A stretch of 64,000 nucleotides of DNA from an uncultured Desulfobacter sp. (GCA_963665095.1 OY762069.1:1856001-1920000), one strand, 5' to 3'. Numbered from the stretch's first letter, positions 29,721-40,010 are shown. The notes: a model not told the origin generated them from the letters alone. Program-made: numbers and translations.

Positions 29721-30212
29721 ATGGAAACCAACAGATATATACTTTCGATCCTTGTGGATAATGAGCCCGGTGTCCTGTCCAGAATTTCAGGACTTTTTTC
29801 CGGCCGCGGTTTTAATATTGATTCTTTAAGTGTGGCGAAAACCCCTGATCCGGATGTGTCCGTGATCACCATGGTCACCTTCTGTGACGAACATATTATC
29901 GAACAGATTAAAAAACAGCTTAATAAGCTGATTAATGTCATCACGGTCAATGACCTGACCGGAAAAAAATATGTAGAGCGCCAGCTCGCCCTTGTAAAAG
30001 TGCATGCCAAAACAGAAAAGCGGGCTGAGATTATGCGTGTTGTAGATATTTTCCGGGCAAGGATTGTGGATGTGGGGTCGGCTCATTTTATCGTTGAAGT
30101 GGCGGGCTCTGATGAAAAGTTAAGTGCATTTATGGAACTGATGCAGCCCATGGGCATAGTTGAGATTGCCTCAACAGGCACCATCGCCCTTGGCAGGGAG
30201 AACGGAAAATGA
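29721..30212 (+). CDS. ilvN: Acetolactate synthase small (regulatory) subunit
   Basis: NEPGVLSRISGLFSGRGFNIDSL and EQIKKQLNKLI motifs. Confidence 0.97.
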   Translation: METNRYILSILVDNEPGVLSRISGLFSGRGFNIDSLSVAKTPDPDVSVITMVTFCDEHIIEQIKKQLNKLINVITVNDLTGKKYVERQLALVKVHAKTEKRAEIMRVVDIFRARIVDVGSAHFIVEVAGSDEKLSAFMELMQPMGIVEIASTGTIALGRENGK

Positions 30213-31870
30213 ATACTCAAGGCAAAAGAAAAAAAGCCCTGCTCTACGACACAACACTTCGGGATGGTATGCAGGGAGAGAACATTTTCTTTTCCCCGGA
30301 GGACAAACTCAAAATAGCCACGCGCCTGGATGATGCGGGAATCCACTACATCGAAGGGGGATGGCCCGGTTCCAACCCGGGTGCCCAGGCCTTTTTTGAC
30401 CTGGTCCGGAATAAAAAATTCAAACAGGCCAGAATTTGTGCATTTGGGTCCACCCGGCGGCAGCACTCCACCTGTGAAAAAGATACCAACATAAAGGCTT
30501 TGCTTGATTCAGGCGCGCCTGTGGTAACGATTTTTGGAAAATCCTGGGATCTTCATGTCACAGAGATCATGAACAACACTGCTGAAGAGAACCTTGCCAT
30601 GATTGAGGAGAGCGTGGCCTATCTTTGTGAAAAAAAACGTGAAGTGATCTATGATGCCGAGCATTTTTATGACGGATATAAAGCCAACCCTGAATTTGCC
30701 CTTGAAACCCTGAGGGCGGCCCTGAAAGGAGGAACCCGCTGTCTGGTGCTCTGCGACACCAACGGCGGCTGTCTCCCCTGTGACATTGACACCATCACCC
30801 GGAACACCATTGCGGCATTGAAGGAGTATGGGGATGTCATTTTCGGAGTGCACACCCACAATGACTGTGCCATGGCTGTAGCCAATGCCATCAATGCCAT
30901 CCATGCCGGGGCCACCCTGGTCCAGGGCACGGTGAACGGATATGGCGAACGGTGCGGCAATGCCGACCTCACCGCCATCATTCCCATCCTTACCCTGAAA
31001 ATGCACCGGGAGTGCATAGACCCTGGGAACCTTACCAAACTTCAAAATCTGTCCAGATTTGTTTCGGAGACCGCCAACATGCCGCCCGTCAGCTCCAGGC
31101 CGTTTGTGGGACGATCAGCTTTCACCCATAAAGGCGGGGTTCATGTGTCTGCCATCATGAAGAATCCCAAAGCCTATGAGCATATGGACCCCGAACTTGT
31201 GGGGAACCGGCGGCGGGTTCTGGTCTCCGAGCAGTCCGGCAAAAGCAATATTGCCTACAAGGCAAGGGAGCTTGGCGTGAATCTCGGGGATGATGAGTCC
31301 AGAAAATCCCTGATTGTTCAGAATATCAAGGAGATGGAAAATTACGGGTACGAGTTTGATGCGGCAGAAGGATCGCTCAAGCTGATCATGGAAAAACTCA
31401 CCGAGCAGTACCACTCCCATTTTGACCTGGAGTCTTTCAGGGTGGTGGTGGAAAAAGACAGGGAAAAGCCGTGCTATTCCCATGCCATGATCAAAATCCG
31501 GGTAGGGGATAAAACCGAAATCACCTCTGCAGAAGGAGACGGTCCTGTTTCCGCACTGGATAATGCCCTGAGAAAGGCATTGTCCGCCATGTACCCAAGC
31601 GTCCAGGATCTGCATCTCGTTGACTTTAAGGTCCGTGTGATTGACGGGTCCGACGGTACCGATGCACGGGTCCGGGTATTGATCGAATCCAGGGACACAG
31701 ACAATATCTTTTCCACCATCGGCGTATCCGAGGATATTATTGAAGCCTCATGGCAGGCTCTGGCAGACAGTTTCCAGTATAAACTTGCCCTGGACAATGG
31801 GGAGAACACCTCAGATACCACGCAATCCGATACAACAGATAAAGATAAATCAAATCGCAGAACAGCTTGA
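30209..31870 (+). CDS. cimA: Citramalate synthase
   Basis: DTTLRDGMQGE, IEGGWPGSNP, FGKSWDLHV, DAEHF, HTHND and HKGGVHVSA motifs, typical of the bacterial CimA clade. Confidence 0.92.
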   Translation: MNTQGKRKKALLYDTTLRDGMQGENIFFSPEDKLKIATRLDDAGIHYIEGGWPGSNPGAQAFFDLVRNKKFKQARICAFGSTRRQHSTCEKDTNIKALLDSGAPVVTIFGKSWDLHVTEIMNNTAEENLAMIEESVAYLCEKKREVIYDAEHFYDGYKANPEFALETLRAALKGGTRCLVLCDTNGGCLPCDIDTITRNTIAALKEYGDVIFGVHTHNDCAMAVANAINAIHAGATLVQGTVNGYGERCGNADLTAIIPILTLKMHRECIDPGNLTKLQNLSRFVSETANMPPVSSRPFVGRSAFTHKGGVHVSAIMKNPKAYEHMDPELVGNRRRVLVSEQSGKSNIAYKARELGVNLGDDESRKSLIVQNIKEMENYGYEFDAAEGSLKLIMEKLTEQYHSHFDLESFRVVVEKDREKPCYSHAMIKIRVGDKTEITSAEGDGPVSALDNALRKALSAMYPSVQDLHLVDFKVRVIDGSDGTDARVRVLIESRDTDNIFSTIGVSEDIIEASWQALADSFQYKLALDNGENTSDTTQSDTTDKDKSNRRTA

Positions 31871-31964
31871 CACCCAACAAAGGCGGCATGGTCATAAGGC
31901 CCTGCCACCCCAGATGAAACCTGTCGGTAACAGGCTGTTTTACAAAATACAAGGATACAGAAAC

Positions 31965-33512
31965 ATGACTTCAGAAAAACAAAAAATTATTGTGTTTGAC
32001 ACAACGTTACGTGACGGGGAGCAATCCCCCGGGGCCAGTATGAACAAGGCGGAAAAACTGCGCATAGCTACCCAGCTTGAGGCCCTGGGGGTGGATGTAA
32101 TTGAAGCAGGGTTCCCTGCGGCATCCGAGGGGGATTATGAGGCGGTCAAAGCCATTGCAGGCAAATTAAAAAAAGCCCAGGTGGCAGCACTTTGCCGCAC
32201 TGGAAAAGAGGATATTTTAAGGGGTTGGGACGCGGTTAAGGATGCGGCCCATCCCAGGATTCACACGTTTATTGCCACCTCTGAGCTGCATATGAAATAC
32301 AAACTGCAGATGGATCCGGAGGAAGTACTCAAGCAGGCCATTGATGCCGTGACGCTTGCTGCCTCGTTTACAAAAAATGTGGAGTTCTCTGCGGAAGACG
32401 GCTCTCGGTCGGATAAGGATTTTTTGTGTCGCATCTTCGAGGCAGCCATTGAGGCGGGTGCCACAACCATTAACCTGCCCGATACAGTGGGATATGCCAT
32501 TCCGGAGGAGTTTTCAGCGCTGGTCAGGTATGTTATGGAAAATACACCCAATATTGACAAAGCAATTCTGTCCGTACACTGCCATGACGACCTTGGCCTT
32601 GCCACCTCAAATACCCTGGCCGCCATTGCATGCGGTGCCAGGCAGGTGGAAGTAACCATCAACGGCATTGGCGAACGGGCCGGCAACACCTCCATGGAAG
32701 AGGTGGTCATGGCCCTGAACACCCGACCCAATTTTTTCCCCTATTACACCGGCATCGAAACTACAAGGATATATCCTACCTCCCGGCTGATATCCATGAT
32801 CACAGGCATTCTGGTCCAGCCCAACAAGGCTATTGTCGGGGCCAATGCCTTTGCCCATGAAGCAGGGATTCATCAGGACGGGGTGCTTAAAAATCCCATG
32901 ACCTATGAAATAATGAAACCAGAGACGGTGGGGATTTCCAAAAACAGCCTGATTTTGGGCAAACACTCCGGCCGCCATGCCCTCAACGCCCATATCCTTG
33001 AGATGGGATATAACCTGTCTGAGGATGAATTGAACACGGTGTTTAAAAAGTTCAAAAATCTGGCAGACAAGAAAAAACAGATACTTGATGAGGATATTGA
33101 GGCACTGATCAACGAAGGGGTACTCAGATCTTCGGATGTTTTCAGCCTGAAGTACATCCATGTCCTGTCCGGAAACACTGTATATCCCACAGCATCGGTG
33201 GAACTGTTGATAAACGGACGGTCGGTGCAGGGCGCCACAGAAGGATCCGGGCCCATTGATGCGGTCTACAATATTATTTCCAAGCTCACCTGCACAAAAT
33301 CTGAACTGCTTCGGTTTACCATCTCGGCGCTTACCGAGGGTACAGATGCCCAGGGCGAGGTTACGGTACGTCTCAAGGAAGGCGGCATGGTGGCCATGGG
33401 CAAGGGGGCAGATCCTGATATCATTACGGCATCAGCCCTGGCGTATATCAACGGACTGAACCGGCTTGAATACATGAAAGAGCACCCGCCTGCGGAGCCT
33501 TCTGCCATATAA
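31965..33512 (+). CDS. leuA: 2-isopropylmalate synthase
   Basis: DTTLRDGEQSPG, HCHDDLG, GIGERAGN, HEAGIHQDG and LGKHSGRH motifs. Start placed at MTSEKQ (31965) after an AAGGA RBS. Confidence 0.96.
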   Translation: MTSEKQKIIVFDTTLRDGEQSPGASMNKAEKLRIATQLEALGVDVIEAGFPAASEGDYEAVKAIAGKLKKAQVAALCRTGKEDILRGWDAVKDAAHPRIHTFIATSELHMKYKLQMDPEEVLKQAIDAVTLAASFTKNVEFSAEDGSRSDKDFLCRIFEAAIEAGATTINLPDTVGYAIPEEFSALVRYVMENTPNIDKAILSVHCHDDLGLATSNTLAAIACGARQVEVTINGIGERAGNTSMEEVVMALNTRPNFFPYYTGIETTRIYPTSRLISMITGILVQPNKAIVGANAFAHEAGIHQDGVLKNPMTYEIMKPETVGISKNSLILGKHSGRHALNAHILEMGYNLSEDELNTVFKKFKNLADKKKQILDEDIEALINEGVLRSSDVFSLKYIHVLSGNTVYPTASVELLINGRSVQGATEGSGPIDAVYNIISKLTCTKSELLRFTISALTEGTDAQGEVTVRLKEGGMVAMGKGADPDIITASALAYINGLNRLEYMKEHPPAEPSAI

Positions 33513-33519
33513 CGGTCAT

Positions 33520-33553
33520 GGAACATGCCCGGTTTTATACCCGGGCATGTTCC
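33520..33553. terminator. Hairpin between the convergent leuA and acyl-CoA dehydrogenase genes
   Basis: Perfect 13-bp stem GGAACATGCCCGG/CCGGGCATGTTCC. Confidence 0.75.
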
Positions 33554-33566
33554 TTCCGTTGTCTAA

Positions 33567-35378
33567 TTATCCGGCAAAAGCATCATCCGGCATTTCCATG
33601 ACGGCTGTGACATTCCCCTGCAATGCCTCCATTTTACCCATGGTTGCAGGCAGGATCCAGTCAATGAAGAATTCGGCTGTCTTGACCTGGCCCTGATAAA
33701 AGGCCACATCTTTTTTCTTGGCACCTTCAATTTTTGGCTGAGCTGTAACGGCTCTCCACAATTCCATCCAGCCCATGCAGACATCACCGCATACGTCCAG
33801 GAAGGGCTGGGCCATGGCAAAGGCATGCAGAACGTTCTCGGACATGGCGGTCATGCCCATATGCATGGCAATTTCCCCAAGTTTATTTACAGCCTTTTCC
33901 ACTTTGGCTGCCATGGGAGCCAGGGCTTCGATCTCTTTACCTGCAGCGATAATGGCATTCATTTCACCAAGAAGATCCATAAAAGGTTTGCCCTTCTTCA
34001 GCCCCAGTTTTCTACCCAGAAGATCCATGGCCTGAATACCGTTTGTCCCTTCGTAGATGGCTGTAATTTTGCAGTCCCTGAGCAACTGCTCCTGGGGATA
34101 TTCCTTAATAAAACCGTAACCACCATAAATCTGAATGCCATGGGAACATACTTCAAAGGCACGGTCGGTATTGTAGGCTTTTGTGATGGGGGTAAGCAAT
34201 TCAATCAGGCCCTGCCATTTTTCGGCTTCTTCCGGAGATGCAGCCGTTTTAACGCGGTCAAAGCAGAGAGCGGTGTAATACAGCAGGCTGCGCATACCAT
34301 CCACATAGGCTTTCATGGTGAGCAACTGTCTTTTAACATCCGGATGGTTGATGATGGCAACTGGTTTGGGCTCTGCATCAAACATTTTGGTCAGATCCAC
34401 GCCCTGGACTCTTTCTTTGGCATAGTTGACTGCATTGATATAGGAGGCGGATGCAAAGGCAAATCCCTGCATGGCCACACCAAGACGGGCTTCGTTCATC
34501 ATAACGAACATGGCCCTCATGCCTTTGTTTTCATCACCGATCAGTTCTCCGATGCAATTCCCTTTTGATCCGAATGCAAGGGCGGCTGTGGCATTACCAT
34601 GGATACCCATTTTTTCTTCAAGACCTGTGCAGACAACATCATTGAACTCACCGGGAGAACCGTCTTCGTTGATTCTGTATTTGGGAACCAGAAACAGGGA
34701 GATGCCTTTTGTGCCTGCAGGAGCGCCTTCAATTCTGGCAAGAACCGGATGGATAATGTTTTCAGTCAGGTCCTGGTCACCACCGGAGATAAAAATTTTG
34801 TTGCCGGTGATGGTGTATGTGCCGTCTTCATTTTTAACGGCGGTGGTGGTTAAATTTCCTACATCTGAGCCTGCTTCAGGCTCTGTAAGACACATGGTTC
34901 CACCCCATTTGGCAGTATACAGATTTTTAAGATATTTCTTTTTCTGCTCTTCTGTGCCGAATTCTTCAACAATTTTGCCCGCTCCGTGGGTCAAGCCCGG
35001 GTACATAAGAAAGGCGCAGTTCGCACCGGTGAAAAGCTCTCCGGCTGCGTTGGCAAGGACCCTTGGCATGCCCTGGCCGCCGTATTCAGGTTCATCGGTC
35101 ATGGCAACCCATTCACCTTCACGAAACAGGTCAAAAATTCTGTGAAAACTCTCAGGAACCGTTACTTTGCCGTTCTCAAGCACACAGCCGGCTTCATCGC
35201 CTTCCTTATTGGTGGGAAGAATCTCTTTGACTGCCAGATTCCTTGCCTCTTTGAGCACCATGTCCATGGTTTTTTTGTTAAAATCTGCAAAAATTTCGTT
35301 TTCAGCAAGGTCAGCTGCTGAAAGCATTTCATGAAGTACAAATTCCTGGTCACGCCTGTCTGCAATGAATTGCGCCAT
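33567..35378 (-). CDS. Acyl-CoA dehydrogenase (long, ~600-aa type)
   Basis: TMCLTEPEAGSD, GNKIFIS, EEKMGIHG, MMNEARL, GGYGF and IYEGTNGIQA motifs. Confidence 0.96.
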   Translation of the reverse strand: MAQFIADRRDQEFVLHEMLSAADLAENEIFADFNKKTMDMVLKEARNLAVKEILPTNKEGDEAGCVLENGKVTVPESFHRIFDLFREGEWVAMTDEPEYGGQGMPRVLANAAGELFTGANCAFLMYPGLTHGAGKIVEEFGTEEQKKKYLKNLYTAKWGGTMCLTEPEAGSDVGNLTTTAVKNEDGTYTITGNKIFISGGDQDLTENIIHPVLARIEGAPAGTKGISLFLVPKYRINEDGSPGEFNDVVCTGLEEKMGIHGNATAALAFGSKGNCIGELIGDENKGMRAMFVMMNEARLGVAMQGFAFASASYINAVNYAKERVQGVDLTKMFDAEPKPVAIINHPDVKRQLLTMKAYVDGMRSLLYYTALCFDRVKTAASPEEAEKWQGLIELLTPITKAYNTDRAFEVCSHGIQIYGGYGFIKEYPQEQLLRDCKITAIYEGTNGIQAMDLLGRKLGLKKGKPFMDLLGEMNAIIAAGKEIEALAPMAAKVEKAVNKLGEIAMHMGMTAMSENVLHAFAMAQPFLDVCGDVCMGWMELWRAVTAQPKIEGAKKKDVAFYQGQVKTAEFFIDWILPATMGKMEALQGNVTAVMEMPDDAFAG

Positions 35379-35406
35379 AATGGATGTCTCCTTTGGTTGT
35401 GCAAAT

Positions 35407-36054
35407 TTAGTTGGGGGTATTTATGATACCGTTGGTAAACATGTCAAAAATCATTGACAGCCTTTGGTCTGTCTGCGCATCGTCTTCATCCCTGAACAGG
35501 GAGTTCCAGGCGGCAGAATGAACGATGTCGGCGTATAGTTTGGCCATCTCCTTTGCCGGAAATGATCTGAATTCCCCGGCTGCAATGCCTTGCTCAAAAA
35601 GATCCTGAAACAGGTCAACCATTTTTTCGTGAAAACTGTTCAGCTTCTGATTCAGCTTGGGCAGTGTCACAGCATCCATTGTGGCCCGTTCAGAAATGTA
35701 AATCTTCACCACCTCCTGATTGGCTTTATAAAAGTCGGCCTGGGCTTTGAGACAGCTTTTAAGCTTCTCCCCCAGACTTAATGCCGGATCCTTGCGGATG
35801 CCGGCTAAAACAACACCTAATTCCCTTACCCGGTTGATCACCAGATCGTGATACATTTCCTTTTTGCCTGGAAAATACTTATAAATGGTGCCCAAGGGGT
35901 ATTGTGAGACCTTTGAAATCTGTGCCATGGTGGTACTGTGAAATCCCCGGGCAGCAAATATCTCAAGGGCTGCCGTAAGGATTTCCTTTTTTTTTCTCCG
36001 GTCATCCCGCTCCCTGCGGGTCATGGTATGTCGTTTTTGTCCATTTGTTTCCAT
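35407..36054 (-). CDS. TetR/AcrR-family transcriptional regulator
   Basis: ILTAALEIFAARGFHSTTMAQI…GTIYKYFPGK N-terminal HTH. Confidence 0.93.
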   Translation of the reverse strand: METNGQKRHTMTRRERDDRRKKKEILTAALEIFAARGFHSTTMAQISKVSQYPLGTIYKYFPGKKEMYHDLVINRVRELGVVLAGIRKDPALSLGEKLKSCLKAQADFYKANQEVVKIYISERATMDAVTLPKLNQKLNSFHEKMVDLFQDLFEQGIAAGEFRSFPAKEMAKLYADIVHSAAWNSLFRDEDDAQTDQRLSMIFDMFTNGIINTPN

Positions 36055-36075
36055 AAGTTAAGCCACTATTTCAAA

Positions 36076-36118
36076 TATAGAACAGATATTCTATAAATAG
36101 AAGATTAGTTATTGTCAA
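36076..36118 (-). promoter_or_regulatory. tetR promoter with a palindromic operator overlapping the -10
   Basis: Minus strand TTGACA (36118-36113)-N17-TATAGA; palindrome TATAGAA-N6-TTCTATA at 36076-36095. Confidence 0.6.
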
Positions 36119-36221
36119 CTAAAATATGAATTTTCGTTGACATAACTCCAACGGCAGATTAAGTAGAAAAGCAATTGTTCGTCTATTTCATTTTATAAAC
36201 CTGTTTCAATGGAGAAAAGTT

Positions 36222-36671
36222 ATGAAGAGAAATTTGTGCCTCCTGGTTCCAGCCCTTGTTTTTACACTGCTTTTCGCAAGTCTTACTTTTGCACAGGCCC
36301 CGATTGTTGGCAAATGGAAAACCATTGACGATGAAACCAATGAAGCAAAATCCATTGTGGAAATTTTTGAAAAAGACGGCAAGTATTACGGCAAAATTAT
36401 TAAACTGTTTCTCAAGGAATCTGATAACCAGAATCCCACCTGTGACAAATGCCCGGACGCAGATGACAGAAAAGACCAGCCCACTTTAGGCATGGAAATT
36501 ATCAGAGATCTGGTTGAAAAGGACGGAAAGTTCACGGATGGCAAAATTCTGGATCCCAAAAAAGGGAAAGAATATAAATGCGCTTTGTGGGTGGACAAGG
36601 ATAAAACCCTTAAAGTTAAAGGCAGTTTTCTTTTTATATCAAGGACCCAGACCTGGCACCGGGTTGAATAA
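36222..36671 (+). CDS. DUF2147-family exported protein
   Basis: Signal peptide (…TFA-QA); GKWKTIDD, CDKC, GKILDPKKGKEY and RTQTW motifs. Confidence 0.9.
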   Translation: MKRNLCLLVPALVFTLLFASLTFAQAPIVGKWKTIDDETNEAKSIVEIFEKDGKYYGKIIKLFLKESDNQNPTCDKCPDADDRKDQPTLGMEIIRDLVEKDGKFTDGKILDPKKGKEYKCALWVDKDKTLKVKGSFLFISRTQTWHRVE

Positions 36672-36774
36672 GACCTGTTCGGCCAGCCCGTTTTAATATA
36701 TCGGGGAACATATCCGGCAGAAATCCTGGTTCCCCATACCATAAAGACGGCTTCAGTTGTTACAAAACTTACAT

Positions 36775-36820
36775 CACCGCTTTTATGCAGGAACGCCTGG
36801 CACATAAAAGCGGTGTTTTT
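36775..36820 (+). terminator. Intrinsic terminator after the DUF2147 gene
   Basis: 13-bp stem CACCGCTTTTATG…CATAAAAGCGGTG followed by TTTTT. Confidence 0.7.
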
Positions 36821-36826
36821 ATTAAA

Positions 36827-36910
36827 TAGTGTTTGAACGGCTCGAAGAGGGGCGCATGCCCCTCTTCGAGCCGTCCAAACACCAAACACGGGGTTTTCGT
36901 TCAAACACTA
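36827..36910. mobile_element. 84-bp MITE-like element
   Basis: Perfect 13-bp terminal inverted repeats TAGTGTTTGAACG…CGTTCAAACACTA; internal 25-bp hairpin with one mismatch; no coding capacity. Confidence 0.65.
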
Positions 36911-36938
36911 AATGCAATTTGGGGATAGATATACCGAT

Positions 36939-38081
36939 ATGGATGCTAAAATTATTAATTACATCAAACAAAACAAAGCGCGTCTTTTTCAATTACTTGA
37001 GGAGCTGGTGCTTATTCAAAGTTTTTCCAGAAATAAAAAGGGCGTGGATCAGGTGGGCCTGCGAATTGCTCAAGAATTTGACGGGACCGGATTTAACTGC
37101 GCATTCATAAATAATGACACTTTGGGCAACAACCTTGTGGTCCGTTCCCCCTGCAAAGCACAAAACAAAAATCAGATTCTGGTCACCGGCCATATGGACA
37201 CGGTCTTCCCTCCGGACTCAGCTTTTAACTGGTATAAGGAAAGCAAGTCCCGTTGTTTCGGGCCCGGGGTGGCAGATATGAAAGGCGGACTTGTGGTGGG
37301 TATTTTTGCCATCAAGGCCCTGATCCATGCACAACGGATGAGAAATATCCCCCTGACGTTTATATTCAACAGCGACGAGGAGATCGGCTCTCCGGACTCA
37401 CGGGATCTGATTGCTGAAGAAGCAGCCAGATCACGCCTGGCCTATGTACTTGAAGCCGGCGGACTTTCCAATGACATTGTAACTGGTCGTAAGGGTAGTT
37501 TGCGTATGCAACTGTCCATCACCGGCAAGGCCGGACATGCGGCATTTGCCGGGACAGACAAAGCCAGTGCCATACATGAGTTGGCCCATAAAATCTGTGC
37601 CGTAGAGGCTATGAACGTGCCGGAACAAGGGATGTCCGCCAATGTAGGCGTTATCAGGGGCGGTATCGGAGCCAATACTGTGCCGGATCAGGCCTTTGCC
37701 GAGCTGGATTTCAGATTTTTGTCACCTGATCAGTCATCACTTATCCGTTCCCGGATGGATGAATTGACAAAACAGTCCATCATTCCGGGAACTACGACTA
37801 GGGCTGCAACGCTTTCAGGACGCCCCCCCATGCCGCAAACTCAAGCAGGCCAGGAACTGTTTGAGCGGATCCAAAGCCTGTCCCATGAACTGGGTACGCC
37901 TGTGGTTCAGGAGCTTCGCCAGGGCGTATCTGATGCCAACATCATAGCCTCCGTGGGCACGCCTGTAATTGACGGTCTTGGGCCTGTGGGGGCAAAAGAT
38001 CACAGCGAGGATGAATATATTGAAAAGGCCAGTTTATGGGAGCGGTGTATTCTCTTCGCCCATATCCTGGCCGAAATATAA
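36939..38081 (+). CDS. M20-family metallopeptidase (carboxypeptidase-G2-like)
   Basis: GHMDTVF, GPGVADMKGG, DEEIGS, GKAGHA, SDAN and DGLGP…HS motifs. Alternative start at 36912. Confidence 0.92.
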   Translation: MDAKIINYIKQNKARLFQLLEELVLIQSFSRNKKGVDQVGLRIAQEFDGTGFNCAFINNDTLGNNLVVRSPCKAQNKNQILVTGHMDTVFPPDSAFNWYKESKSRCFGPGVADMKGGLVVGIFAIKALIHAQRMRNIPLTFIFNSDEEIGSPDSRDLIAEEAARSRLAYVLEAGGLSNDIVTGRKGSLRMQLSITGKAGHAAFAGTDKASAIHELAHKICAVEAMNVPEQGMSANVGVIRGGIGANTVPDQAFAELDFRFLSPDQSSLIRSRMDELTKQSIIPGTTTRAATLSGRPPMPQTQAGQELFERIQSLSHELGTPVVQELRQGVSDANIIASVGTPVIDGLGPVGAKDHSEDEYIEKASLWERCILFAHILAEI

Positions 38082-38086
38082 AGCCA

Positions 38087-39889
38087 CTAATCGGTCTTGA
38101 GTACTGACAAAAATGCAGACTGGGGGATCTCCACAGATCCAACCATTTTCATCCGCTTTTTTCCTTTTTTCTGCTTTTCCAAAAGCTTGCGCTTTCTTGA
38201 AATATCTCCGCCGTAACACTTGGCCGTGACGTCTTTGCGATAGGCTGAAATGGTCTCCCTGGAAATAATTTTCCCGCCAATGGCACCCTGAATGGGAATT
38301 TTAAACTGCTGTCTGGGAATCTCTTCTCTAAGTTTTTTGCAGGCGGCCCGGGCCTTGGCCTCGGCCTTGTCCCTGTGAATGAGCATGGACAGGGCATCCA
38401 CCCGTTCACCATTAATCAGAAAATCAAGTCTCACAAGATCTGTTTCCTGGTAACCGGCAATATCGTAATCAAAAGAGCCGTATCCCTGGGTGACACTTTT
38501 CAGCCGGTCATAAAATTCATAGACCACCTCGGCCAGTGGCAGGGTAAACTTCATCTCCATGCGGTTGGCGGTCAGATACTGATAATTGGTACTCACCCCC
38601 CTGAACTCATGGCACACCTGCATGACATTGCCCATGTATTTATCCGGGACAATAATAGATGCGTTGATAACAGGTTCCCTGACACATGTGATTTCTGTGG
38701 GATCGGGATACTCAGTGGGGTTATCAATAATTTTAACTTCTCCCGAGGAATAGGTGATTTCATACTGGACCGAGGGGGAAGTCAAAATAAGGGAAATATC
38801 ATATTCACGCTCCAGACGCTCCTGAACCACCTCTAAATGAAGAAGGCCTAGAAATCCGCACCGGTAACCAAACCCCAGCGCAGCAGACGCATCTTTTTCA
38901 TAAATCAGGGAGGCATCGTTAAGTTTAAGCTTCTCCAATGCCTCGGTCAGCTCTTCGTAATCATCGGATGCCACGGGGTACATGGAGGAAAAAACCACAG
39001 GCGTGGGCTCCCTGAAACCACCTAATGCCTTGGCACATGGGTTGCCTGGCATAGTAACCGTATCTCCGGTCTTAACATCAGAGATCACCTTGATCCCGGC
39101 AATGAAGTATCCCACCTGACCGGCTTCAAGGCTTTGCTGGGGATTGCGTTTAATCTGGAACAGCCCCACCTCTTCCACCTTGTATGTCGCGCTGTTGGAC
39201 ATAAACTGGATGCGGTCCCCTTTTTGAATGCTGCCTTCAAAAATACGGAAATGTACGATCACACCTCTGAAGGCATCATAGTGGGAATCAAAGATAAGCG
39301 CTTTAAAGGAGCCTGTATTCTCCACAACCGGGGCTGGTATCCGGTCAACAATCGCCTGAAAAATTTTTTCAACCCCTGTTCCCACTTTTGCGGATACCAG
39401 AAGGGCCTGTTCACTGTCCAGTCCAAGATCTTCTTCTATCTGGTCTTTAACCCACTCAATTTCTGCAGAGGGTAAATCTATCTTGTTAATAACTGGCAGC
39501 ACCTCAAGGTCATGCTCCATGGCAAGATATAGATTGGCAAGGGTCTGGGCCTCAACGCCCTGGGATGCATCTGCCAGGATCAGTGCACCCTCACAGGACG
39601 CAAGCGCCCTGGACACCTCGTAGGAAAAATCCACGTGACCGGGGGTATCAATAAGATTTAGCAGGTAGTGCTGTCCGTCCTCACCGGTGTAAGGCAGGGA
39701 CACTGTCTGGGACTTGATGGTAATTCCGCGCTCCCGTTCGATATCCATGGAATCCAGAATCTGATCTTTCATGTCCCGCTCATCAATAATACCTGACAAC
39801 TGGATCAGCCGGTCCGACAGTGTTGATTTACCATGGTCAATATGGGCAATAATGGAAAAATTCCTGATAAATGAAGGTTTGAGTTTCAA
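38087..39889 (-). CDS. lepA: Elongation factor 4 (LepA)
   Basis: RNFSIIAHIDHGKSTLSDR, DTPGHVDF, GFLGLLHLE and KCYGGDISRKRKLL motifs. Confidence 0.99.
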   Translation of the reverse strand: MKLKPSFIRNFSIIAHIDHGKSTLSDRLIQLSGIIDERDMKDQILDSMDIERERGITIKSQTVSLPYTGEDGQHYLLNLIDTPGHVDFSYEVSRALASCEGALILADASQGVEAQTLANLYLAMEHDLEVLPVINKIDLPSAEIEWVKDQIEEDLGLDSEQALLVSAKVGTGVEKIFQAIVDRIPAPVVENTGSFKALIFDSHYDAFRGVIVHFRIFEGSIQKGDRIQFMSNSATYKVEEVGLFQIKRNPQQSLEAGQVGYFIAGIKVISDVKTGDTVTMPGNPCAKALGGFREPTPVVFSSMYPVASDDYEELTEALEKLKLNDASLIYEKDASAALGFGYRCGFLGLLHLEVVQERLEREYDISLILTSPSVQYEITYSSGEVKIIDNPTEYPDPTEITCVREPVINASIIVPDKYMGNVMQVCHEFRGVSTNYQYLTANRMEMKFTLPLAEVVYEFYDRLKSVTQGYGSFDYDIAGYQETDLVRLDFLINGERVDALSMLIHRDKAEAKARAACKKLREEIPRQQFKIPIQGAIGGKIISRETISAYRKDVTAKCYGGDISRKRKLLEKQKKGKKRMKMVGSVEIPQSAFLSVLKTD

Positions 39890-40010
39890 TTAGGCTCCAA
39901 ACTAAGAGTTGACAAAAAGGCTCTAAATTTATAAGGATACACATTTACCAATTGTTGCTTAAAGTGTCAAGAAAAGCCGCCGGTCAAGGCCCATACGTTC
40001 GGAGAAATAC

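Noticed and set aside
31740..31964. Long N-terminal extensions in the ORF track for leuA (also xerD, valS, ribF and the methyltransferase)
   Set aside because: They overlap neighbouring genes or the tRNA, or lack an RBS. Downstream starts have good RBSs and give family-typical lengths.
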